Positions 37,081-48,270 of a DNA stretch of 64,000 bases are shown in pieces. The translations under genes were made by a program, and so were the position numbers. How positions within the stretch are numbered: position 1 is the stretch's first letter; every line of letters starts with the position of its first letter. The DNA is from Isurus oxyrinchus (Eukaryota). The notes beneath the pieces are model-generated. The model was not told the DNA's origin and searched no databases. It saw only the letters and a list, made by a program, of their open reading frames with translations. The stretch spans positions 37,076,001-37,140,000 of the forward strand of contig JANJGN010000019.1 of assembly GCA_026770705.1 (NCBI GenBank), given 5' to 3'.

Positions 37081-39258
37081 TTCTGTTTGGTTAGCAGTAG
37101 TGGTTGTCTTGACATCATCTGCTGTCTTGAAAAGGTCCAAGGCTACGCAGGCAGCCCTACTCAGGGGAGAGAAAGGCTGGTTACGGATGACATACATCAG
37201 CTTGTAGAACTGTTTTCCACCATAGCTCAGTGGTTTCAGGATCATACCAATGACTGGAAGTCATCCTGGCCCGTAGAGTGGTGTGTCCACTGTTTGAAGC
37301 CAGAGGTCTTTCAGCCATGGTTCTTTGACAGGATTGCCATGCTGTCTCCTTTATCTAATTTAAAATCTGTTAAATGGCCATTGACAGAAATTTTAACATT
37401 CCAAAATGAGAGAGCAAGATCTTTGACCTCATCAAAGAAGCATGACATGTGTCTTCTGGGTTTGCAGTCTTGACCTTGTGGATAATCTTTGGGCTTTCCA
37501 CACATTTCAGAGTTCTTGCCTTGTACAGTTTACCATAGTGTCCAATCCTGTTGCATTGGAAGCATTGGGCTGCACTTGCAAGATATTGATCTCGCCTATC
37601 AGGGAATTTCACTCTGCAGTGCTGGCATGGTCATGCTGCTGGCTGGTTCTGGAACTGCTTTCCCTGCCTTAGAGTGTGCCTGTGTCTTTGTGACCTGACA
37701 AGCTGGACTGAGGGTTGGCCTCTGCACCATGTTTTATTCTCTCCCCTTAAGATCGTCCTGTGCTGCTCATGAAGTTATGACTATGTACCTATCTGGATTG
37801 CCTTTTCCAGGGTTTAATCTGCCTATGCTTGTAGTAGGTCAGAGAGCACATCGTCTGTTACTCCCACCACTATTCTGTCTCTGATGAGTTCAGACTTTAA
37901 ATCTCCACATTCACAACCTTCTGACATCCTGTACAGATCATTGACTGGTGCTCCTGGCATTTAGACTCTATAATTGAATTTTGCTCTATCAGGCATTTTA
38001 TTGCTTCTTAGATTGAAATAAATGTTGAATGATTTTAGTATCTCTTTGAATTTTGCAGATGATTCATTAATTCCCTGTCTTACAATTATGTTATCTGCAA
38101 TCGGGCCTAAAGAGTAAAGCTGTGTGCTCACCAGCTCCACTTTTTTATTTAAACCTGAAGTGATGCTATATCTTAAGAATCTTTTCCTCCAATGATTCCC
38201 AGTTTTGTGATTGGTCTGGGCCTTGGATTAGTCCAAATTGACTTGGAAGTGCAGAATTGTGATCCATGTTAAAAAAAATTAAAAGTGTATGTGGAGCTTT
38301 AAGGGCTATATGAATTTCAAGATGGCATCGCCATTCACTCAGAGACAAAGGGATTTCTTGTGCGTGCTGGTTTTGGCTGGCTCTGCAAAATGGTGATGGT
38401 ACTTTTCTTGAAAAATAAATTTTAATAATAGCTACCTGGAAAAACTGCTTGCCGACCTCTTTGCTCAGCTGTTTATTTTTTAAACTGTTAACTTGACCGA
38501 ATTGGAGCTTCTGCTTGTTTTCTGCTGCACTGGACAGTTGTGACGTCCCCGAAATATTTAATTAATTTGTTCTCTTGTTTTTCAGATGAGTTCAGAGGCC
38601 ACGTGTTCATCTCTAACTTCGGGATCAGGTTTTAGCAGTGGGTTTCTTACAAAGGGTTCTTCTGACACTGAATTATTTAAAGGAGTTCTCAGGACTTGCT
38701 GCAGCCTTGAATTTTTAAAGATTTAGCTCACCTTTGCAGGTTCTGCCGACTCTGCACTCTGAAGTTGTACTTCCAAAAGTGATTCAGTGGAATCTTTTGC
38801 AGCAATAAGGAAGTTTAAATCTCTTCCTTCAGCTTCCAGGCCTTTCTGGTGATTTTTTCCTCCGTGCCTTGGCTTATTTAGGAGCTTCTTTTCAGGTCAG
38901 AATGTTTTGTTAAATTTTTCCCAGTCTTCCAGATTTCAGTTTGTTTCTGCACTTTAGTGAGGTTCTGTATTTTTTCCTCTTGCTGCCACCATGTTAGGAG
39001 GGTATTGCTTACGGAAAGGTATGTCTTAAAGAAGTCTCCATAGTCTTCTGCAGGTTAACTTTAAGCCTTTATTGACAACTAAAATTATTTACACTTCTAT
39101 AGTAAAGCGTTATAAGCTAGGAGCTGTCTCCATGCTTAGGTCTATGCACGTTTCTGTTTAACATCACACTGACCCTGGGTCTGGTCCATGTGCCTTCATA
39201 CATCAATGTATGGGAGGTACTGCACTTAACCTGATATGTGCCAGACCCTTATATTACA

Positions 39259-39460
39259 GACATCAGTGAACCAGATAGGTTTTTGCAACAAGTGATGATA
39301 GTTTTGTGGTCAACTTTACTGAGACTAATTTTATATTTCAGATTTAATAATTGAATTCAAATCCCACCAGCTGTCATGGTGAGATTTGAACACATGTTCC
39401 CAGAGCATTAGCCTGGGCCTCTTGATTACTAATACAGTAATCTTGCCACTATGATAGTAT
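39259..39460 (-). mobile_element. tRNA-headed SINE, 5' half
   Basis: Minus-strand head ATAGTGGCAAGATTACTGTATTAGTAATC...GTTCAAATCTCACCATG has A/B-box-like motifs. Confidence 0.75.
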
Positions 39461-40177
39461 CTCTGCCTTATTCTGACTTTTTGAAAGATAATAACGAGAC
39501 TGATTGAAAATTGCACTTATTTGGTGCTAACAGTGAGAAATCTCGTACATTGGAACTGTCTTCAAAGGCAGAATCAGTGGAAGTCAGGATTCATATTAAA
39601 TTTGAAATTTTCAGGGCCTGCTGCTCCACACAACTCTGCTTGTCACACTGGATTTTACTTTGCAGCAGGAGAGAAGGCTCGCCCACGAACCGTGGTAATT
39701 AGGAGTTGAAGCAAAGAATTCCTGCATAAATTCATTTCAAAAGAGGCAAAAATCCTGCATGAAGGCACCAGGACAGTAATATTAGTGCTGCTAGGCTGAG
39801 GGCTATGTGAAGGAAGAAATAGAATTTTTCAGGCTGAATATTAGCCTGACATGCAGCATGAAAAATGTTGACCTTGTCCGTGTCTACTTTCTAAAAGACA
39901 GAATGATGAAATCCAGCAACAGGTAATTGTTGGTTGTGGGGTAAGGGTGGCGTGCAGTGAGCAGATATGAAATAGTATTTTTATTACAGGATCTCAGATT
40001 TTATGCTATATATTGTGCACTTAATGTATTTACTGTCATATTTTGCCATGTCTGTTTTATTCCTTTCATTATACACGAGGATTTAATGTTTCTAATCAAA
40101 CTGATAGGATATTGAAAACAAAAACAGAATTGCCTGGAAAAACTCAGCAGGTCTGGCAGCATTGGCGGAGAAGAAAA

Positions 40178-40218
40178 GAGTTGGCGTTTCGAGTCCTCAT
40201 GACCCTTCAACAGAACTA
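40178..40218 (-). ncRNA. Minimal hammerhead-ribozyme-like motif in the Penelope 3' region (variant core)
   Basis: Minus strand reads AGTT-CTGTTGA-A-GGGTC-ATGAG-GACTC-GAAAC-GCC-AACT. Stem I is AGTT/AACT, stem II is GGGTC/GACTC, and a GAAA core is present. It has CUGUUGA instead of CUGANGA and GCC instead of GUC. Confidence 0.6.
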
Positions 40219-40584
40219 GGTGAATCCAAGGAAGGGTGAAATATAAGCTGGTTTAAGGTGGGGGTGGGGGGGAGAGAAGTTGGGGGGTGGTGTGGTTGTA
40301 GGGACAAGCAAGCAGTGATAGGAGCAGATAATCAAAAGATGTCACAGACAAAAGAACAAAAGAACACAGAGGTGTTGAAGTTGGTGATATTATCTAAACG
40401 AATGTGCTAATTAAGAATGGATAGTAGGGCACTCAAGGTATAGATCTAGTGGGGGTGGGGGGGCATAAAAGATTTAAAAATAATGGAAATAGGTGGGAAA
40501 AGAAAAATCTATATAAATTATTGGAAAGAAAAACAAAAGTAAGGGGGAAGAAACAGAAAGGGGGGGGGGGATGGGGGAGGGAGC

Positions 40585-41005
40585 TCAAGACCTAAAGTTG
40601 TTGAATTCAATATTCAGTCCGGAAGGCTGTAAAGTGCCTAGTCGGAAGATTAGGTGCTGTTCCTCCAGTTTGCGTTGGGCTTCACTGGAACAATGCAGCA
40701 AGCCAAGGACAGACACGTGGGCAAGAGAGCAGGGTGGAGTGTTAAAATGGCAAGCGACAGAGAGGTTTGGGTCATTCTTGAGGACAGACCACAAGTGTTC
40801 TGCAAAGCGGTCACCCAGTTTACGTTTGATCTCTCCAATGTAGAGGAGACCGCATTGGGAGCAACGAATGCAGTAGACTAAGTTGGGGGAAATGCAAGTG
40901 AAATGCTGCTTCACTTGAAAGGAGTGTTTGGGCCCTTGGACGGTGAGGAGAGAGGAAGTGAAGGGGCAGGTGTTACATCTTTTGCATGGCATGGGGAGGT
41001 GACAT
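40585..41005 (-). pseudogene. Penelope GIY-YIG endonuclease domain
   Basis: PCKRCNTC, NLVYCIRCSQCGLLYIGEIKRKLGDRFAEH, RKLEEQHLIFRLGTLQPSGLN. Confidence 0.92.
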
Positions 41006-41208
41006 AGGTAGGGGTTGAGGAGTAGGGGGTGATGTAGGAGTGGACCAGGGTGTCCCGGAGGGAACAATCCCTACGGAATGCCGACAGGGGGGGTGAAGGG
41101 AAGATGTGTTTGGTGGTGGCATCATGCTGGAGTTGCCGGAAATGGCAGAGGATGATCCTTTGAATGCGGAGGCTAGTGGGGTGATAAGTGAGGACAAGGG
41201 GGACCCTA

Positions 41209-42138
41209 TCATGTTTCTGGGGGGGGGGGGGGAGGAGAAGAGGTGAGGGCGGATGCGCGGGAGATGGGCCAGACACGGTTGACGGCCCTGTCAACGACCG
41301 TGGGTGGAAAACCTCGGTTAAGGAAGAAGGAGGACATGTCAGAGAAACTGTTTTTGAAGGTAGCATCATCAGAACAGATGCGACGGAGACGAAGGAACTG
41401 AGAGAATGGGACGGAGTCCTTACAGGAAGCGGGGTGTGAGGAGCTGTAGTCGAGGTAGCTGTGGGAGTCGGTAGGCTTGTAATGGATATTGGTGGACAGT
41501 CTATCACCAGAGATTGAGACAGAGAGGTCAAGGAAGGAAAGGGAAGTGTCAGAGATGGACCACGTGAAAATGATGGAGGGGTGGAGATTGGAAGCAAAAT
41601 TAATAAATTTTTCCAAGTCCCGACGAGAGCATGAAGCAGCACCGAAGTAATCATCGATGTACCGGAGAAAGAGTTGTGGAAGGGGGCCGGAGTAGGACTG
41701 GAACAAGAAATGTTCTACATACCCCATAAAGAGACAGGCATAGCTGGGGCCCATGCAGGTACCCATAGCCACACCTTTTATTTGGAGGAAATGAGAGGAG
41801 TTGAAGGAGAAATTGTTCAGTGTGAGAACAAGTTCAGCCAGACGGAGGAGAGTAATGGTGGATGGGGATTGTTCGGGCCTCTGTTCAAAGAAGAAGCTAA
41901 GGACCCTCAGACCATTTTGGTGGGGGATGGAGGTGTAGAGGGATTGGACGTCCATGGTGAAGAGGAAGTGGTTGGGGCCAGGGAACTGGAAATTGTTGAT
42001 GTTACGTAAGGTGTCAGAGGAATCACGGATGTAGGTGGGAAGGGACTGGACAAGGGGAGAGAGAAGGGAGTCAAGATAACGAGAAATGAGTTCTGTGGGG
42101 CAGGAGCAAACTGACACGATCGGTCTACCGGGACAGTG
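41209..42138 (-). pseudogene. Penelope reverse transcriptase (open ~310 codons, N-truncated, frameshift at poly-G ~41219-41232)
   Basis: CPGRPIVS, FTMDVQSLYTSIP, QIKGVAMGTCMGPSYACLFM, FLRYIDD, FLDL, HYKPTDSHSYL. Confidence 0.93.
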
Positions 42139-42813
42139 CTGATAGGATATTGACTGTTTACCTAGTAAAGCTGTATGTGTGAAGGTTTTCAATACTCTTT
42201 AAGGTTGTAACTGTGACTCATTTCACGTAAAATTCCTACTCTACGTATCAAACTCTGATAATTATTTTATCCATTCCTCAAACGTGTTCAATAGTGACAA
42301 ATCAACATAGCATCTCCTTGACAGACAGATGATAAGGAAAGAATTTCTGTCATTTCAGCTGACATAAAATCCGATATTTATAACACAAAATATTTCTTCA
42401 GGCTAGAACCAAAACTGTCAAGTCAGGAGATAAACAAACCGTATTAGGAACTGGCCTGCAGCAGCTCTGTGATATATCTATACCTGACTGAGTCTGTTTG
42501 CTAAATTCCCAAAAGTGTTATGAAGGGCTGACACAAGACATTGTTCCAAAGATGGATTATTTGATGATGCTGGTGTGAGCCAAAGAGATGGTTCAAATGT
42601 GAGGTATGATATCATGGAGGTATTTCCATCAACACTGACTATCCACAGCCTGAGAACAACAACTTTGACATTTCTTGCTGTGCCATGAATGCAACAAGTG
42701 GAGAATTTTTAACATAACATTCATTTCTGACAAATGGTCCATCAAAATCATTTATGTAATGCTAATGACATCAACTAAAAGTAGAAGACCTATCAAAATG
42801 TTTAACTCTTAAC

Positions 42814-43145
42814 GTGATGATAGTTTTGCAGTCAACTTTACTGAGACTAATTTTATGTTTCAGATTTAATAATTGAATTCAAATTCCACCAGCTGCCATG
42901 TTAAGATTTGAATCCATTTCATTAACCTGGGCTGCTGGATTACTAGTACAGTAATCTTGCCACTATCTCTGCTTAATTCTGACTTTTTAAAAGCTAATAG
43001 CGAGTCTGATTGAAAATTACACTTAGTTTTGATGCTAACAGTGAGAAATCGCATACATTGGAACTGTCTTCAAAGGCAGAATCAGTGGAAGTCAGTGTTC
43101 ATGATAAAATTGAAATTTTCAGGTCCTGCTGCTCCACAGGACTCT
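42814..43145 (+). repeat. Direct duplicate of 39292-39637 (SINE head plus unique flank)
   Basis: Long shared runs such as GTCAACTTTACTGAGACTAATTTTAT and TACATTGGAACTGTCTTCAAAGGCAGAATCAGTGGAAGTCAG extend beyond the SINE. Confidence 0.92.
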
Positions 43146-43839
43146 CCTGATTCCTTCCAGAAGGTGATTGATGTAATTCAATTGCTTGTGTAGATTTGTC
43201 AAAAATATATATTAAAATAAATCGTTCCCATATTTTACATTCACCATTTCTAGCTATAGATGATGGGAGTTCTTGTGACTCAGTGGGTAGTGCCCCTGCT
43301 TCTGGACCAGAAGCTCTGGGTTCAAATCCCTCTTCAGTCACTTCTAGTAAAGAAGTTATGTTTTTGAATTACCCAGATAAAAGTAAGCAATTACAATTAC
43401 CCAAGTTCCATCCATAACTCCTCCTCTTTCAGATTTGGCAACCAAAGACATCGTTGGATTCGTCCATGATTATGCTTGGCAAAGTACTGCAGTGATTTGC
43501 CAGTGCCTTCTACAGTATGGCTGACCAGGAAACTCTCCTGCTCTTACTATCTGCCATCAAGCATATTGGAAGGATTTACAGTCTGATAATCAACCTGGTT
43601 GACCACATTATGAATACACCCCCTGTGGCCATCAAGGCCTGAAGAGGGACTTGAACCCAGAGCTTCTAACCCAGAAGCAGAGGCACTACCTACTGAGTCA
43701 CAAGAACTACCATCATCTATAGCTAGAAATGGTGAATGTAAAATATGGGAATGTCTTATTTTAATATATATTTTTGACAAATCTACACAAGCAATTAAAT
43801 TACATCAATCCCTTCTAGAAGAAATCAGGAGATGTCCTG
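43137..43839. repeat. Inverted repeat: ~200-bp arms (43137-43337 / 43639-43839), ~300-bp spacer
   Basis: The arms are near reverse complements. The ORF track shows twin peptides MSKIYIKI..HILHSPFLAIDDGSSCDSVGSA on opposite strands. Confidence 0.95.
43415..43715 (-). mobile_element. tRNA-headed SINE with GAG-repeat tail (possibly RTE-related)
   Basis: Minus-strand head GTGACTCAGTAGGTAGTGCC...GGTTCAAGTCCC and tail ...AAATCTGAAAGAGGAGGAG. Confidence 0.65.
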
Positions 43840-44634
43840 ATTAATTGCACTTACTTCACAGTTTAAACATTTAGACATTACTACAGTAATGTATTTTAAA
43901 TTATAAGTTCACACTGACAAGACCTTTACATTACAGGTAGACATGAGGAATTTCCTTGATCTCCCGAATAGGCACTGTAAATTCAGTGGAAGATTGGTAT
44001 AAGCCATAGCAGCAGGCAACGTTTCCACTGATCCAACTCAAAGTTATAAAAGCCCTTAAGGAAAGGCCTCAAGGAAAGTCCTGGTGTGAACATAGAAATA
44101 TGTAAAGGAACAGGGGGACTTAGGCATATGACTCTGTAGTGTATCTGGATGGATATTGTAAGAAACACAGGCTTATAAGAGTGTTTAGGAGGTTTAGGCT
44201 CAAAAGAGTTAAATGACTCCAAGCTCTGGTTGGAGCTGCTAATCTGCAAATTAAACTGTGTTTAAGTTTAAGATGAACTTTTGTTAGGTGCAAGATGTAT
44301 AAACACAAATTATCCTCATTATTTTATAACCTAGTTTTTATTGTTAGGGAGGGAGGGGAAAACAGTTTGAGATTTGAAGCTGTCCATAGTAGTTTCTCTT
44401 CTCCTTCTTCGCTGACTGTGAGGATGCATCAAGAACTTCTGCAATTTATTGAAATATAATCAGGTATATCCCATTTTAACTTTGTCAGTATTAAACTTTG
44501 TTAGACTGCAGCCTTAATATTTAACTTGCTAGTCTATAATCTTACCACTTTAGTTTTATTCATCTTTAGTTAGAATCTTATCTTCAGGGCCCATATGGTG
44601 AATCATCAACTGTTGAATCACAAAACATAAGCAC

Positions 44635-45155
44635 AAGTTTTTTGTTGCTATAGCACCTTTAACAAAATGAAACATCCCAAGACACTTCACAGGAGCATAA
44701 TAAAGCTAAATTTGAAACTGAGCCACATGAGGAGATGTTACAGCAAATGGCCAAAACCTTGATCGGAGAGGCAACTTTTAAGGAGCATCTTAAATGAAGA
44801 AAGTAATGTAGAGAGAGGTGGAGAGGTTTCAGGAGGGAATTCCATAATTTAGAGCCTTGGCAGCTGAAGGCATGGCCCCAGTTAAAATCAGGGATGCTCA
44901 GGAGGCTAAAATTAGAGGAGTACAGATATCTTGGGAAGTTGTGAGGCTGAGATAAATTAGAGAAAGCGAGAGGGGAAAGGTCATGGAGGGATTTGAAAAC
45001 AAGGATGAGTATCTTAAAATTGAGGTGTCGCTTAACTGGGAGCCAACTGTGGATCAGTTCACAGTGAACAGGACTTTAGTGCAGGTAAGGAGATGGACAG
45101 CTAAGTTTGAATGACCTCAAATTTACAGAGGGTCAAATGTAGGAGGCCAACCAGG
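44635..45155 (-). mobile_element. L2 LINE 3' end
   Basis: Reverse complement of the L2 tail (TATAGCACCTTTAAC...CATCCCAAGACACTTCACAGGAGC), GGAATTCC and TTAACTGGGAGCCAA (LHWLP region). Confidence 0.8.
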
Positions 45156-45159
45156 AGTG

Positions 45160-45930
45160 GAGGGGAGTCAGCTTGATGGCCACTGGGAAGGAGGTCTTGC
45201 AGTGCCTCTAGAGATGCTGGTGCTCAGAGATATGGAGAGGGTTTATCCTCTGCAAACCCTTGTTGGGAGTCTTACCTATTTGGAGCTGGATCTCTGTGTC
45301 CAATTCCTCTGTCCTGTGGAGGTATGTGAGGAGAAGACAACTGCTGTCGGTGCTGATGTTGGTGTTGCTGTTTCTCATCAGAAGTGCAAGGTAAAGCTGC
45401 AAAAGCTGCTCCTATGCCTGGTGAAGGCTGGTAGCTGGGAAGTGCAGCTGAAGGTGAGTGAGGTGCAAGACAAATTGGCTCCAAGGTTCTCTGAAGCTGC
45501 ACTGGACAGTTTTGTGCAGGAGGTCTCAAGGAGGAGAGATGAAATGTATTCACAGGCCCTCCAACCAACGTTTGCAAAGAAAATGGGAGCATAGAGCCGT
45601 GACACTCAAATCCATGCACTTAGCTCCGAAGACCTGAATAAAGTGGCACAAGAAATTAATTCACCTTTTAAGAGAGATCAAGATCAATGAATGGATCCTG
45701 AAATGCCAAATCCCACCAACTGAGCCACTAGTCTCATTCACTATTCAATGCACCACAACCCCGTCACAAACCTACCAATGATCTCTATCAATCATAACTC
45801 ATACCTAACTCCATAGCTTCAACTCATGCTCACACACTTTGCACCACTGCAAGCCTCACACCCACATCTCGCAACTTGCACACACTGTCAGCTATTCAAC
45901 CATGGCAGAAACATCACTCAAACACATTAG
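45160..45930 (+). mobile_element. Divergent Harbinger fragment with Myb/SANT exon 1 remnant
   Basis: ORF 45157..45594 ends LAPRFSEAALDSFVQEVSRRRDEMYS, then KWHKKLIH...KIK, followed by a CA-rich intron-like tract. Confidence 0.7.
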
Positions 45931-46279
45931 GCTAAATTTTCCTGGCCCATTGTTGATGGGATAGGAGGTGAGAGGGCTGGAAAAATGGTGGCAAAAGGTA
46001 CCAAGAGGGGTGCCTGACATCTTCCTGCTATTGACAATATGGCAGTGATGGAGAAGGAAAACCATCACTCTGTCACACACAACAATCACCATCTCAGTCA
46101 CTGCCACTGCATGTAATTTAGAGGATAGCTTGGAGAAAGGATATGCACTGGCCATGACTGACCTGTAGCCAGGTGCAGGGACAAGGATAGTGCAGGTGCC
46201 AGCCCGCCAGAGGGTGACGCCACATACCAGTTCTGTTCAGAAAATCAGTTGATCACTTTGATGGGGCAGACTACAGGTT

Positions 46280-47135
46280 TTTTTTTCTTTATTCTTTCAT
46301 AGGATTTATGTATTGCCGACTAGGTCAGCGTTTATTTCCCATCTCTGATTGCCCTTGAGTAGGTGGCGGTGAGCTGCCTTCTTGAAACGCTGCAGTCCAT
46401 GTGATGTAGGTAAACTCACGGGACTGTTCGGAAGGGGGTTCCAGGATTTGGATCCAGTGACAGTGAAGGAATGGCGATATAGTTCAAAGTAAGGATAGTG
46501 CCACACAACAAAATAGAGGGTATCCTCAGTGTGAAGACAGGACTTTGTCTTCACAAGGTCTGTGCAATGGTCACTCCTACCAACATTGTCATGGAGAGAT
46601 GCACCTGCGACAGGTAGATCCAGTCTAGCAGCTGTGTCCTTTAGGACTCAGCCAGTCTGGTCAGTAGTGGTGCTACCAAGCCATTCTTAGTGATGGGGCA
46701 TTGAAGTACACCCCCCCACCCAAAAGTACATTGCCCTTGCGACTGAGGGTGCCCTTGCCACCCTCAGTGCTTCTTCCAATCAGTGTTCAACATGGAGGAG
46801 CATGGATTCATTAGCTGAGGGTGGGGGTGGGGGGGGGTGGGTGTGTGTGTGTGGGGGGGGCGGTGTGGGGAGCAGTATGTGATAATCAGCAGGAGGTTTC
46901 CTTGCCCATGTTTGACCTGATGCCATGAGACTTCATGGGGGCCAAAGTCAATGTTGAAGACGCCCAGGGCAACTCCCACCTGACTATATACCACTGTGCC
47001 GCCACCTCTGGTAGGTCTGAGATGTCAGTGGGATAGGACATACCCAGGGATGATGATGCTCGTGTATTGAACATTGTCTGTAAGATATGATTCCATGAGC
47101 ATGACTATGTCAGGTTGTCACTTGGCTATTCTGTG
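46280..47135 (-). mobile_element. Family-B LINE, endonuclease region joined to 3' tail (large internal deletion)
   Basis: ORF 46764..46994 has IDFGPHEVSWHQVKHGQGNLLLIITY (APE-like). 46285-46500 is the family-B tail. Confidence 0.8.
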
Positions 47136-47269
47136 CGACAGACTAGCCTGCAGCCCCTACTGTCATCCAAACAAGCTGAGAGAACCTCAAACCTATTGGG
47201 CAATTGCAAAGGTTAAGGCCCTTGCACTCCTTCCCTCTGGGTCCCCTTACATGCCTCACTCATAGTCAC

Positions 47270-47990
47270 ACTCTCCTATCCCTGACCACTGACTAATTCA
47301 GAAGACCCTATCCTCAGGGGTGTGACTGCATCCTGGTACAAAGCATCCAGGTAAATTCCCCCTCCCTGATGTGTCAGTGTCTGCAGCTCAGCCTCCAGCT
47401 CAATGACTCTGAGCCAAAGCTCCTCAATCTGCAAACACTTAGTGCAGATGTGTTTTCCCTGTATCACACTGACATCCAGGAGTTCCCACATGCTGCAGCC
47501 ATGAAATATCACCTGTCCTGTCATCCTTAATGTGTTTTAATTCACTAATTAATTATATTATTCAATCTTTTTTGTATATATTTTATTTAACTTTCTACCA
47601 GTTCCTGTACTACTTTAAACTTAAGGAATAGAATAGACTTTAACCACAGAGGAAGGGAGAAAGCTCTCTCCTTCCCTTCTTCAGCAAACTCCCCAAGTAA
47701 ACATTCAGTTCCAAGCTGTACTAAAGACCCCTGAATTTATATTAAACTGAACTGCAATTACAGGAACCAGATTAAGCCAGTTAGCTAATTAACTACTCAG
47801 CCCTTTCAGTAACATGTGTTTTCCCTGCCTAAGTCTGGCAGATACTTACTCTGCTTACTTATTCAATACTTTCCAGTCACTGCTAATTACAGACAAGGCT
47901 AGATGATTCAAGAACAAGATTAACACTTTCAACTCTCCCACTCACCAAACTCCCAAGTATACACCAAGTTCCAAACTGCACTCATTTGCC
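47270..47990 (-). mobile_element. CR1 5' region: ORF1 N-terminus and 5' UTR
   Basis: MTGQVIFHGCSMWELL...HICTKCLQIEELWLRVIELEAELQTL (zinc finger plus leucine zipper typical of CR1 ORF1). Confidence 0.8.
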
Positions 47991-48270
47991 AATTAAGAGG
48001 CTACCACTGAGTCCAGCATCCAATTGAGGATAACTGCACACCTCTCAAAAGCTGCCAGACCAACCAGTGACCTTAACTGGCCACTTAATTGGTTTAGTTG
48101 TCTGCCTGTCTCCAATCAGCGGGTGGGCGCACTGCTGAGCTTCCCTTCCCTAAGAATATCCCATGGAGGCAGGAAGATATTGGGCTCCCCATCCAACAAC
48201 TCCCACTGCCATGTTATGACACCTCCCACCTCCCAGCCTATTTTTGGAAGGCTGGTAAAATCCAGTTCCA
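47990..48270. mobile_element. Harbinger-type MITE fragment
   Basis: CCAATTAAG/CTTAATTGG motifs. Ends GGTAAAATCCAGTTCC. Confidence 0.45.

Larger units (their letters stand above)
35942..39258 (-). mobile_element. Gypsy LTR retrotransposon with both LTR ends, internally deleted
   Basis: 5' LTR 38992-39258 and partial 3' LTR 35942-36075 are homologous. PBS TGGTGGCAGCA is at 38981-38991. TSD is TACAT/GACAT. Motifs: gag knuckle QCFQCNRIGH, protease FWNVKISVNGHLTDFKLDKG and an integrase C-terminal remnant. Confidence 0.9.
40116..42138 (-). mobile_element. Penelope-like element (Penelope/Poseidon type), 5'-truncated
   Basis: RT followed by GIY-YIG endonuclease. Flanked by a perfect 15-bp direct repeat CTGATAGGATATTGA at 40101-40115 and 42139-42153. 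Confidence 0.95.

Noticed and set aside
42500-42690. Short open stretch with GTATGA donor-like site
   Set aside because: No acceptor context or recognisable peptide.
43265-43337. tRNA-like A/B-box sequence (also at 1680-1751, 39370-39460, 49440-49510)
   Set aside because: These are SINE heads continuing into SINE bodies. No complete cloverleaf or acceptor stem was seen.
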